Shown: piece by piece, positions 1 to 8,455 of the stretch
How positions within the stretch are numbered: position 1 is the stretch's first letter
Layout of the letters: each line of letters begins with the position of its first letter
Origin: Lentisphaerota bacterium
GTDB lineage: Bacteria; Verrucomicrobiota; Kiritimatiellia; CAIQIC01; JAGNIJ01
DNA: 64,000 bases
Assembly (NCBI GenBank): GCA_052033915.1
Contig: JBPOJF010000006.1
Location: 275,544 to 339,543, forward strand
Reading direction: 5' to 3'
Notes under the pieces: generated by a model
Database searches by the model: none
The model's input: only the letters and a program-made list of their open reading frames with translations
Told to the model about the DNA's origin: nothing
Translations under genes and position numbers: made by a program

Positions 1-632
1 ACCCCGTTGGCGATCGCATGGCCGCGCTGGACGGTCTGCCACGCGTCGAGCTGCGCCGCGCCGTTCGTGTTTTTTTCGCGCGGGTGCCAGCCGATCGCCG
101 TCGGGTAGAACAGGATGTCCGCGCCCCGGAGCGCGGCAATTCGCGCGGCCTCCGGATACCACTGGTCCCAGCAGATCAGAACCCCGACGCGACCAACCTG
201 CGTATCGACCGCCTTGAAACCCAGATCGCCGGGCGCGAAGTAGTATTTTTCATAATAGCCGGGGTCGTCGGGAATGTGCATTTTCCGGTAAACGCCCGCC
301 ACCGTTCCGTCCGCATCGATCACCGCGACGCTGTTGTGATACAGGCCCGCGGCGCGCCGTTCAAACACGGGCGCGATGACCGCCAGCCCGAGCCGGGCGG
401 CCAGCTTGCCGATGTGGTCCGTGGACGGACCCGGGATCGGCTCGGCCAAGTCGAACAACGCGGGGTTCTCCTGCTGGCAGAAATACGGAGACCGGAACAG
501 TTCAGGGAGGCACGCCATCGCGGCGCCGTCCGCCGCGGATTCCTCGAGCCGCGCCGAGGCCTTCGCGAGGTTCGCCTCGGGATCGGACGACATCGACATC
601 TGGATCAATGCGACTTTGAATTCTCGTTTCAT
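1..632 (-). CDS. Carbon-nitrogen hydrolase (N-carbamoylputrescine amidase-like), partial; C-terminus lies beyond the window edge
   Basis: The reverse-strand translation from the ATG at 630-632 reads MKREFKVALIQMSMSSDPEANLAKA...GVLICWDQWYPEAARIAALRGADILFYPTAIGWHP. It carries the CN-hydrolase catalytic Glu/Lys/Cys context (ICWD). The ORF track shows only the antisense artefact 18..1115. Confidence 0.8.
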   Translation of the reverse strand, partial: MKREFKVALIQMSMSSDPEANLAKASARLEESAADGAAMACLPELFRSPYFCQQENPALFDLAEPIPGPSTDHIGKLAARLGLAVIAPVFERRAAGLYHNSVAVIDADGTVAGVYRKMHIPDDPGYYEKYYFAPGDLGFKAVDTQVGRVGVLICWDQWYPEAARIAALRGADILFYPTAIGWHPREKNTNGAAQLDAWQTVQRGHAIANG

Positions 633-744
633 GCCTGGGCCGTAACCTGCGTCAAGCTGAAGTGTTTGTCAAGCGAGCCGCGGATTCGTATGCGGGCGTA
701 TTTACACTTTCTAGCGCGCGACTTATCTAATAAGATGTTTCGGG

Positions 745-2316
745 ATGAGAATGGAGCACGGGCAACACGTGTTATTCATGAAGCGGACAGCGCACAAACA
801 ATCCATGGTCTTGATGATCGCCGGCGCGGTCCTGGCTGTCACGGCTTCCCGGGGCGCGATTTCCCCCGAACCGCCGCCCAACGTTCCGCTGCCTCCGCCT
901 CTGATGACAACCGCTTTCGTGCGGGTCACGGTGCCCTGGATCGCCGTCCCCATCCAGAGCCCCCCGGTAACCTGCGAGGTGGGCAGCCACGTGATGTTGA
1001 TCCAGGAAAACGACGACTTCTTCATCACGATGTGCAGCAACCGGCATGCAGGGACCTTCCTGGCCGCCTTCCCCGCCAACACGCGGGCGGGCCGTCCGGC
1101 CTGGACCACGCCTGAGGAGAAGGTCTTCTTCGCGTACCGGACCACGTCGTGCCGCGGAACGTTGTACTTCAAACAGGGCGACGAACTGCCCGTGGACGCC
1201 CAGACGCGCAACGGGTACAAGGTCCGGCTGGAACGGTTCGGGCATGCCTTTCTTCTGTATCTGTCCCGAACCAATTCGGGCGTCGAGTTTTTTGCCGCCC
1301 CTCCGCCGCCAACCCCCGCACAGGTCGCCCATATCAAAGCCGGTCAGAAGGCGGCGACGACAGCGGTCCCCAAAACGCCAACCTCATCTTCGCCAAAGTT
1401 GTCTGCCGACTCACCTCCGCGCCCACCCCCCGTGAAGAGGTACATCGTCACTCCCGTGGGCCCCTCCACGAATGTATACACCATCGAGTTGTTGCCGCCC
1501 GACGTTTCGACCTCCACCACGGCAAAGGCGGATGGCAGTCTTATCACGCGCCTGTTCTCGAAGACCGAAAAGCCCGCCGTGGCCGCTTCTGAAAAACCGG
1601 CCCCCCCCAGGTCAACCGAAACGCCGGCCGAAAAGCCCGAGCCGGCTCAAAAGGAAGCGCCTGCGCTCGCCGACAAGGGGCCGGAGCCGCCGCCGACTCC
1701 GAAGACAGACATCAAGACGCTCTTCTCGATGTACAAAATACCGGTGCTGGCCGGGGCCTCTCTCCTCGTCCTCGTGGGTGCCCTTCTGTTGAAACGCCGG
1801 GAAAAGAACGCCCGGCCGGAAACGGAAGGGAAGACGCCCGGCGACACCGTGACGGCAGGGGCCACCTCTACGTCCACCACCCCGGGTACGCTCAACGATT
1901 TCTCGGGGTCCATCGCCTCCATGTCACTCGGCTCGGTGACGCAGTTCCTGAATTCGGACAAGGAAACGGGCACGCTCGTCATCAGGGACAAGGACAACGC
2001 GGAACTGGGAACGCTGATCTTCATCAAAGGCGAGATTGTCGACGCCCGCTCCCCCAAGAATCGGGGGCTGGACGCTCTGTACGAGGTGTTGAGACACAAG
2101 GAAGGGTTCTTCTCCTTCCTGCGTGAGGAACCCACGAACGTGGAGAAAACGATTACGCAAGGCACGATCTCGCTGCTGCTGGAGGCCCACAGAATCATGG
2201 ACGAGGAAGTGTCGCCGACGTCCCCGTCACCGCCCCTCCCTCCCGCAGCCGCCCCCAAACCGCGGCTCGCGGCCCCGAAGCCGGTCACCAAGCTTAAGCT
2301 CCACGGTAACCGCTGA
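745..2316 (+). CDS. Secreted/transmembrane protein with a C-terminal DUF4388 (PATAN-like) domain
   Basis: An N-terminal signal-like segment (MKRTAHKQSMVLMIAGAVLAVTA) is followed by a periplasmic domain of unknown function, a Pro/Thr/Ser-rich linker, one TM helix (YKIPVLAGASLLVLVGALLL), and a cytoplasmic DUF4388-like segment. That segment reads GSVTQFLNSDKETGTLVIRDKDNAELGTLIFIKGEIVDARSPKNRGLDALYEVLRHKEGFFSFL. The start may instead be the ATG at 778. Confidence 0.6.
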   Translation: MRMEHGQHVLFMKRTAHKQSMVLMIAGAVLAVTASRGAISPEPPPNVPLPPPLMTTAFVRVTVPWIAVPIQSPPVTCEVGSHVMLIQENDDFFITMCSNRHAGTFLAAFPANTRAGRPAWTTPEEKVFFAYRTTSCRGTLYFKQGDELPVDAQTRNGYKVRLERFGHAFLLYLSRTNSGVEFFAAPPPPTPAQVAHIKAGQKAATTAVPKTPTSSSPKLSADSPPRPPPVKRYIVTPVGPSTNVYTIELLPPDVSTSTTAKADGSLITRLFSKTEKPAVAASEKPAPPRSTETPAEKPEPAQKEAPALADKGPEPPPTPKTDIKTLFSMYKIPVLAGASLLVLVGALLLKRREKNARPETEGKTPGDTVTAGATSTSTTPGTLNDFSGSIASMSLGSVTQFLNSDKETGTLVIRDKDNAELGTLIFIKGEIVDARSPKNRGLDALYEVLRHKEGFFSFLREEPTNVEKTITQGTISLLLEAHRIMDEEVSPTSPSPPLPPAAAPKPRLAAPKPVTKLKLHGNR

Positions 2317-4522
2317 ACCGGCGGCCAAGAGCCACGCCCAGTCCGACAACAATCTGGATATGGCGGCGCGACAGTCCCTTGGGATTGTGGACCGCGACGA
2401 AGCAGATATCCTCGCTCTCCACAAACGTGAAGGAGTGCCCCTCATGGAAGACCGTCACGGAGTACGTCTCGGTCGAACTGATGTGCCGCATGTAATGTTT
2501 GACCTTCTTGAGGATCTGCGGCGCCATCGCCTGGACGCGCTCGGGCGATTCGACACGCCAGCTCGTGGCCAGCAGATCGCCGTCGCGGTGCAGAATGATG
2601 CATCCCTCGAATCCCGCAATCTGCCTGAACTTCTCCGCGACATCCTCCAGGCGCGGATGCTTCCCGCTCCACCGGCCCAACAGTTCGTCCACCAAGGCCA
2701 GTTGGCCGTACTTCTCCTCGAGCCATGGCTGGCCGGTGATCCTCTCGTAAATCTTCTCGCCGATACCCGGAACACGGCCCAGATCGTAGAGTCCGAAGAA
2801 GGGGCCGTGCTCCTTCCGGTTCTCCACGATCCGGTGGGCCATCGCATCGCCGATTCCATCGATCACACGCGTCAACTCCTCGGCAGTAGCCTGGTTCAAA
2901 TCCAACCCTCTTAAGAGAAGCTCGGGGACACCCGACAGGTTGGCGGGCGCGTGAATCGGCGCGGCAACCGGCGGCGGCTCCACTTTCGCTACGGGGGGTT
3001 GTGCCGGCGGCATGGCGACCGGCGCAGGCTTCTCCACTTTCGCCGCGGGCGGTTGCGGCGGCGGAGCCGCCGTGCTGCCGGCAACCAGATCCATCGGCAT
3101 GAACTTCTTCGGGGCCGGACCGCCAAAAGCCACGGGCGCTTCGACCGGCGGAGCCGTGGGCGCAACGGGTTTGGGTGCAGGCGCAACCGGCGCAGGGGCA
3201 GCGGGCTTGGGCACCGGTGCGATTGGCGCTACCGGCGGGGGCGCGGGCTTGGACACCGTCGGTGTGGGAGCATCGGGTTTTGGCGCGGGCGCGATCGGTG
3301 CGGACGGCGGAGGCGCAGGCTTGGATACCGCCGGCGCGGGAGCATCGGGTTTTGGCGCGGGCGCGATCGGTGCGGACGGCGGAGGCGTGGGCTTGGACAC
3401 CGCCGGTGTGGGAGCAACGGGTTTTGGCGCAGGCGCGGGCTTGGACGCAGCCTGCGCGGGAGCCGGTTCCGCGAGCTTGAACAAGTCGGGCAAATCATGA
3501 ACGGCCGACTTCGTGGGCACTTCGGCGGTTCGTTTCTTCAATTCATCCGGCGGAATGGCCGCGACCACAATCGATAACGGCAAGGTGACAAGTTCTTCGG
3601 AATCCGCCTTGGCGCCGGCGGAGAGATACGTCTTGGGAACAGCCGCCAGCAATTTGTTCATCGGCAACTTGACGGAGCCTTTCGCAAGCTGTTCAAAGAT
3701 CTCGTCCATTACGACATCCACCCTGGCATCCGGTGGAACCATCGCCGACTTGAATGTCGAGGGCAGCACGGCCTTCAACTCGGAGATCTTCAGGTTCAGC
3801 GTGACGGATTCCGCGGGCTTCGCAGTCGAAGCCGCGGGTTTTTCCGCCGCGGATGCCGATGCGGCTGCGGGCGCTGCCGGAGCGGCGGAGGGGCTGACCT
3901 TGAAGAGGTTCGGAAGTTCAGACGCGATCCGGTCCTGCCGGATGCTGCCGGTTCGCTTCTTCAACTCCGCCGGATCAACGGCGGCGACCACTGCGGCCAG
4001 CGGCAGCAGAACCTTCATCTCGCTCTTGGTTTCGGCGGGATTGGCGAGGTACTGCCGGGGAACACCGGCCAACAGGTAGCCCAGCGTTGTTTCGATCTTC
4101 CCCTTGGCCATCTGATCGAACAAATCCTCGATCACCACGTCCGCCTTCTCTCCCGATACCGCCTTGGCATCCACAAAGGAAGAGGGAACCACCTCGGCGA
4201 TATCGCGAAGGCTCATGGCCACCGTCTGAAGGCGATCCGAAGACCCGGAGTCATCGGAAGGCGGCACCACCGAGGATTCGGCCATCAGAGTTTCGATCTG
4301 CTGAAGAGCCGCGACAATTTCCTCCAATTGCATCGGCTTTTCACGCGGCGGAGGGGGCGCGCTCACAGCGGTTTTTTGGGTGGAAGGCGCAGCAACCTGC
4401 GGCGGAGGCGCCGTCACGGGAGCCGCAGGAGCACGAGACTCCTTGGGGTCCTCTTTCTTCTCCGCGCGTCCTTTGAAGATGCTTCCAAACAGGGCCATTT
4501 TTCCCGCCTGAGAGAGGCTCAC
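2294..4522 (-). CDS. Proline-rich multi-domain scaffold protein. It has a duplicated approximately 100-aa module, a ComEA-like helix-hairpin-helix, and a C-terminal Roadblock/LC7 (MglB/MglC-like) domain
   Basis: 742 aa. Two internal repeats are VPSSFVDAKAVSGEKADVVIEDLFDQMAKGKIETTLGYLLAGVP... and LPSTFKSAMVPPDARVDVVMDEIFEQLAKGSVKLPMNKLLAAVP.... A 3x Pro-rich repeat (APAPKPDAPAPAVSKPAPPPSAPI) follows. The HhH segment reads LNQATAEELTRVIDGIGDAMAHRIVENRKEHGPFFGLYDLGRVPGIGEKIYERITG. The C-terminal segment EGCIILHRDGDLLATSW...YSVTVFHEGHSFTFVESEDICFVAVHNP fits the Roadblock fold pattern. Confidence 0.65.
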   Translation of the reverse strand: MSLSQAGKMALFGSIFKGRAEKKEDPKESRAPAAPVTAPPPQVAAPSTQKTAVSAPPPPREKPMQLEEIVAALQQIETLMAESSVVPPSDDSGSSDRLQTVAMSLRDIAEVVPSSFVDAKAVSGEKADVVIEDLFDQMAKGKIETTLGYLLAGVPRQYLANPAETKSEMKVLLPLAAVVAAVDPAELKKRTGSIRQDRIASELPNLFKVSPSAAPAAPAAASASAAEKPAASTAKPAESVTLNLKISELKAVLPSTFKSAMVPPDARVDVVMDEIFEQLAKGSVKLPMNKLLAAVPKTYLSAGAKADSEELVTLPLSIVVAAIPPDELKKRTAEVPTKSAVHDLPDLFKLAEPAPAQAASKPAPAPKPVAPTPAVSKPTPPPSAPIAPAPKPDAPAPAVSKPAPPPSAPIAPAPKPDAPTPTVSKPAPPPVAPIAPVPKPAAPAPVAPAPKPVAPTAPPVEAPVAFGGPAPKKFMPMDLVAGSTAAPPPQPPAAKVEKPAPVAMPPAQPPVAKVEPPPVAAPIHAPANLSGVPELLLRGLDLNQATAEELTRVIDGIGDAMAHRIVENRKEHGPFFGLYDLGRVPGIGEKIYERITGQPWLEEKYGQLALVDELLGRWSGKHPRLEDVAEKFRQIAGFEGCIILHRDGDLLATSWRVESPERVQAMAPQILKKVKHYMRHISSTETYSVTVFHEGHSFTFVESEDICFVAVHNPKGLSRRHIQIVVGLGVALGRRFSGYRGA
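3178..3450. repeat. Approximately 72-bp tandem repeat (about 3.5 copies) encoding the Pro/Ala-rich linker of the scaffold protein
   Basis: Units begin near 3245, 3317 and 3389 (gggcttggacaccg..cggtgtgggagcatcgggttttggcgcgggcgcgatcggtgcggacggcggaggcg). A degenerate copy sits at 3178-3244. The repeat is in frame on the minus strand. Confidence 0.7.
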
Positions 4523-4633
4523 CGCCGCCGATTCGTCCGCCTCGCCGAACGACGCGCGAACCGGAACTGGAAGACGACTCTACCGACGGCTCAAAACCCG
4601 CTCATCTTTTTTACAACTTTATAATACAGATGT

Positions 4634-4662
4634 TTTACACAGTTGTGTAGTTTGTATATAGT
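4634..4662 (+). promoter_or_regulatory. Candidate sigma70-type promoter for mglAB (TTTACA, 17-nt spacer, TATAGT) with an overlapping inverted repeat TACACA-gt-TGTGTA (4636-4649), inside a strongly AT-rich island (about 4596-4690)
   Basis: Read directly from the sequence. It is a lone AT-rich stretch in an otherwise GC-rich window and lies 50 nt upstream of the mglA ATG. Confidence 0.4.
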
Positions 4663-4710
4663 TATTAAGACAGTATCGCTGCTCGGGTCCAAGGTAAGGA
4701 TGGGTGCGTA

Positions 4711-5358
4711 ATGTCTTTTATCAATTTTGCGCGCAAGGAAATCTCGTTCAAGATCGTCTACTATGGAACGGCCTTGGGCGGGAAGACGACAAACGTCGAA
4801 CAGATTCACGCCGGTATTTCCCCTCAATCCCGAGGAGAACTGACCACGCTGTCCACCAAGCAGGACCGGACGCTGTTCTTCGACTTTCTCCCCTTGAAGT
4901 CGGAGATCATCAAGGGCTTTGTGTCCAAGTTCCAGATTTACACTGTGCCCGGCCAGGTGATCTACAACGAAACCCGCAAACTGGTCTTGAGAAACGTGGA
5001 CGGCGTCGTTTTCGTGGCGGACTCCCAGTGGTCCAAGCAGGAGGAAAACGCCGCCAGCTTCGCCGACATGGAAGGCAACCTGAAGGACCAGGGCGATTCG
5101 CTCGACAGCATGCCGTACATCATCCAGTTCAACAAGCGCGACCTGCCGGATATCGCGCCCGCTCATTACATGAACTTCATGCTGAATCACCGTTCGGTGG
5201 CTGTGCCTTGTTTCGAGGCGGTGGCCGTTAAAGGGGTCGGGGTGCTGGAGTCGTTGAACATGATCGCGAAAATGGTCATCAGCAGTTTTATGCAGAAGAA
5301 CAAGATGGAGAGCACCGAGTTGCCAAGCGACCTGGCCGTTTCCCAGAAAGGTGTATGA
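4711..5358 (+). CDS. mglA: Ras-like small GTPase MglA
   Basis: MSFINFARKEISFKIVYYGTALGGKTTN...TLFFDFLPL...YTVPGQV...FVADSQ...IIQFNKRDLP. The P-loop, switch and NKRD motifs and the length (215 aa) match MglA family proteins almost motif for motif. Confidence 0.9.
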   Translation: MSFINFARKEISFKIVYYGTALGGKTTNVEQIHAGISPQSRGELTTLSTKQDRTLFFDFLPLKSEIIKGFVSKFQIYTVPGQVIYNETRKLVLRNVDGVVFVADSQWSKQEENAASFADMEGNLKDQGDSLDSMPYIIQFNKRDLPDIAPAHYMNFMLNHRSVAVPCFEAVAVKGVGVLESLNMIAKMVISSFMQKNKMESTELPSDLAVSQKGV

Positions 5359-5849
5359 CAATGTTCAGCGCTTTAAGCGAAGATGCCAGCCAGAACATCA
5401 ACCAGGTTCTCAGGGAACTCCTGGAGCAGGTGGAAGCCGAGGCCGTCTTTTTTTGCGACCGGGGCGGCAACATCATCGCCAGCCAGTCCGTCAACCAGCA
5501 GGACAACGAGGAGAATGTCGCGGCGCTGGCCGCGGGATCGTTCTTCGCCACCCTCACCATGGCGAAACTCGTAGGCGAAACGGAATTCCAGAACATGCTC
5601 CACCAGGGCGAGAAGACCAGTATTTACATGGAAGGGCTGAAGGGCGACATGATCCTGGTGGTCATCTTCAGCAAGGATTCGAATCCCGGACTCGTGAAGC
5701 TCTACGCCAAAACGGCCTGCCAGCAGCTTGAACCGTTCAAGCTCTCGCTGGTCTACGACGAGAAGCAGATGCGGACCATCCCGCACATGGAAGTGAGCCC
5801 GGGCGCCGAGGCGTTCAAAGCCAACAAGCCTTCGCCAAAAAAGAACTGA
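5355..5849 (+). CDS. mglB: Roadblock/LC7 GTPase-activating protein MglB
   Basis: It overlaps the mglA stop (ATGA). The 164-aa Roadblock domain (VFFCDRGGNIIASQS...AALAAGSFFATLTMAKLVGE...SIYMEGLKGDMILVVIF) has a C-terminal acidic/disordered tail, as in MglB. Confidence 0.85.
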   Translation: MTMFSALSEDASQNINQVLRELLEQVEAEAVFFCDRGGNIIASQSVNQQDNEENVAALAAGSFFATLTMAKLVGETEFQNMLHQGEKTSIYMEGLKGDMILVVIFSKDSNPGLVKLYAKTACQQLEPFKLSLVYDEKQMRTIPHMEVSPGAEAFKANKPSPKKN

Positions 5850-5856
5850 GCCCGGG

Positions 5857-6534
5857 TCAACCCGCCGCGAGTTCCCTCATCCGTTTCAGCAGGCCGGCGG
5901 ACGCCGCATGCGTGGAAGGCTCAAGTCGTTCCGGATGCCACTGGACCCCAAGCAGCGGTGCCCGCAATCCCGTCCCCTCGACGGCTTCAACAACCCCCTG
6001 CCTCGACAACGCCGCGATGCGCAATCCCGCACCGACGGACCCGGGATCGACAGCCTGATGATGCGCGCTGTTGACCTCGATGACCGGCTCGAAAACACCC
6101 GCCAGTTCCGTGCCGCTGACCAGGGCGATCGGATGAACGGCGTCCTTTCCGTTGGAGCGTTCGTGAGACTCGGCGGCGCCCGCGATCAACGGCACGTGCT
6201 GGATCAGCCGCCCGCCGAGCGCGACGTTCAGGATCTGAATCCCGCGGCAGACACCGAAAACCGCCTTCCCGCCGTCCATGAACCGACGAATGAGCCGACA
6301 TTCCATTTCGTCGCGCGCGGGGTCGATCTCCTGCGTTTCAGGAGCGCGAATCGCGCCGTATCGCGCGGGGTCAACATCCCCCCCGCCCGTCAGCATCAAG
6401 GCGTTAAACGCGGAGAGATCGCCGGGCATGGAATCGGAAGGACGGATCACCGCGCTCTCGATGCCCGCGCCCGACAACCAGGCCAGGTAGCCTTTCGGAT
6501 TCCCGCCGGCCGCACTGGTGACAAGCCATTTCAT
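5857..6534 (-). CDS. Class I glutamine amidotransferase (gamma-glutamyl-GABA hydrolase / peptidase C26-like)
   Basis: GVCRGIQILNVALGG (Cys nucleophile context) and HH...WHPE motifs, 225 aa. Confidence 0.8.
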   Translation of the reverse strand: MKWLVTSAAGGNPKGYLAWLSGAGIESAVIRPSDSMPGDLSAFNALMLTGGGDVDPARYGAIRAPETQEIDPARDEMECRLIRRFMDGGKAVFGVCRGIQILNVALGGRLIQHVPLIAGAAESHERSNGKDAVHPIALVSGTELAGVFEPVIEVNSAHHQAVDPGSVGAGLRIAALSRQGVVEAVEGTGLRAPLLGVQWHPERLEPSTHAASAGLLKRMRELAAG

Positions 6535-6560
6535 AATGAGACCTTGACGACGCGAACATC

Positions 6561-7217
6561 ATGACAGAAATTGCGGATAACATGAATATTAAAACCGTGA
6601 CGGTCGGCGCCTACGAAGAGAACTGCCATGTGATCTGGGACGAGCGGCTCAACGCCCTTGTCATCGATCCGGGCGCGAATCCGGAACGCATCGAGAAGGT
6701 CATCCAGGCCCACCGTCTGAAGGTGGTCGCTTTCCTCATCACACACGGCCATGCGGATCACATCGGCGCGCTGCCGGCCCTGCACACCTCCCATCCCGCC
6801 CCGGTGGCCATCAGCCATGAGGATGCGGTCTGGGCATTCTCGCCGGTCAACCAGCTTCCCCCTCACTACCCTCCGCTGACATCGCCGCCGGAGGTTTCCC
6901 GGGTTCTGACGGACGGGCAGGAATGGAAAGATGGCGAATTGCTCTACCGGGTGATCTCCACACCCGGCCACAGCCCCGGCTGTGTGTGCTTCTATTTTCC
7001 GGACGCTCACGCCGTGTTCACGGGCGACACGCTTTTCCAGTCGTCGGTCGGCCGGACCGATCTGCCGGGAGGCAATGCCCGCGCGCTGACCGAGTCGCTG
7101 AAGAAACTCATGGCTCTGCCCGACGACACCCGGGTCTTTCCGGGGCACGGGCCCGAAACCACCATCGGGATCGAGAAGAGAACGAATTACTTTCTGAGGC
7201 GCGACAACAGGCCGTAG
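6561..7217 (+). CDS. MBL-fold metallo-hydrolase (glyoxalase II-like)
   Basis: THGHADHIGAL metal-binding motif, with downstream PGHSPG and GDTLF motifs. The start may instead be the ATG at 6582. Confidence 0.8.
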   Translation: MTEIADNMNIKTVTVGAYEENCHVIWDERLNALVIDPGANPERIEKVIQAHRLKVVAFLITHGHADHIGALPALHTSHPAPVAISHEDAVWAFSPVNQLPPHYPPLTSPPEVSRVLTDGQEWKDGELLYRVISTPGHSPGCVCFYFPDAHAVFTGDTLFQSSVGRTDLPGGNARALTESLKKLMALPDDTRVFPGHGPETTIGIEKRTNYFLRRDNRP

Positions 7218-7229
7218 CGGACAGCGGCG

Positions 7230-8453
7230 TCACTTTTCGAATGACAGCTTGATGCCGCGGCGAACAAAGGTTGGAATATCCAAATCCTCCCCGGCATAAA
7301 GGGTCGGTTCGATGTTCTTGAAGCGGCCCTTGTCGCCTGTGTCAAAATTCAACGTGGACTGGATCGCGCGGGCGCCCGAGGGCATCGCAGCCTTGCTTCC
7401 CGTCCGCAGCTCAGGGGCCAACCCTTCAACCACCTTTTCAGGAAATCCTGCCGCCGGCTCGGGGACATCGCCCTCGCCGGTCCAGCTTTCGGCGGCCAGC
7501 ACCGTCAGCGTGAGCCGGTTCTGCCAGGCCTCGTCCACCGTCGCCCCCATGAACAGTTTGACACCGGGTCGGGCGACCGCGGTCAACTGGGACATGATGT
7601 TCTGCACGTCGAGCAACGTCAGGTCCGGACCTCCGTTGATGCTGACCATCAGCGCCCCTGCCTGCGAGAGGATGCGGCCGCGATCCAGCAGAGGGCTCTT
7701 CATCAGTTCCGAGACGGCCGCCGACGCTTTGGCCGTACCCGTTCCCTCGCCGTAACCGAAGGAGCACCCGCCTCCGCTGTGCTCCACGAGGTGGCGCAAA
7801 TCGGCAAAATCCAGGTTGATGATTCCGGTCTTGGACAGCAGTTTCCACAGCGAGCGCACGCCCACGCCCAGCATGACATCCGCCTTGCCGAACGCGTCCA
7901 CCAGGCCGGTCCGGGTTTCCACCAGTTCCAGCAAGCGCTGGTTCGGCAGGGTAATGACCACATCGGCCTGCATCCTCAAGGCGCGCAGTCCCTCTTCGGC
8001 ATGCCGCGTTTTCAACTCTCCCTCAAAATCGAAAGGGGTCGTGGCAAAACACAGGGTCATGGCGCCCTGCTCGCGGGCGATGCGGGCCATGATGGGCGCG
8101 GCGCCGGTTCCCGTTCCACCGCCCAGCGCGGCCACGATCACGACAAGGTCCGCCTGCGAAACCAGTTCCCGCAGCGAGTCGCCGTCATCCTCGGCGGCCA
8201 GCTTGCCTACCGCCGGATCGCCCCCCGCCCCAAGTCCCTGCGTGATGCCCTTCCCGATCTGAACCCGGACCGGCACGCGGCAGGCGGAAAGCGCCTGACT
8301 GTCCGTGTTGACTGCGGCGACCGCAGGACCATCAGACCACCCGGCGTGCATCCGGGCCACGGCATTGCTGCCGCCGCCGCCGAGCCCCACAACCAGCATC
8401 CGGCTTCCTTTCGCCGCGCCGACTACCGCCGCATGGTCTGTTGATTCAAGCAT
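7230..8453 (-). CDS. ftsZ: Cell division protein FtsZ
   Basis: GGGGSNAV, the tubulin signature GGGTGTG, NTDSQAL and C-terminal DIPTFVRRG conserved peptide. The start is placed at MLESTDHAAVVG (ATG 8451-8453). The longer ORF reaching 8678 overlaps ftsA in another frame. Confidence 0.9.
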   Translation of the reverse strand: MLESTDHAAVVGAAKGSRMLVVGLGGGGSNAVARMHAGWSDGPAVAAVNTDSQALSACRVPVRVQIGKGITQGLGAGGDPAVGKLAAEDDGDSLRELVSQADLVVIVAALGGGTGTGAAPIMARIAREQGAMTLCFATTPFDFEGELKTRHAEEGLRALRMQADVVITLPNQRLLELVETRTGLVDAFGKADVMLGVGVRSLWKLLSKTGIINLDFADLRHLVEHSGGGCSFGYGEGTGTAKASAAVSELMKSPLLDRGRILSQAGALMVSINGGPDLTLLDVQNIMSQLTAVARPGVKLFMGATVDEAWQNRLTLTVLAAESWTGEGDVPEPAAGFPEKVVEGLAPELRTGSKAAMPSGARAIQSTLNFDTGDKGRFKNIEPTLYAGEDLDIPTFVRRGIKLSFEK

Positions 8454-8455
8454 AT

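Noticed and set aside
18-1115. 365-aa plus-strand ORF at the window start
   Set aside because: Its translation is Arg/Pro-rich with no recognisable domain. The opposite strand encodes a clear CN-hydrolase (MKREFKVALIQM...) from 632 to the window edge.
3178-3450. Tandem repeat array considered as a possible CRISPR
   Set aside because: Units are contiguous with no spacers. They are in frame and encode a Pro/Ala-rich protein linker. No cas genes are present.
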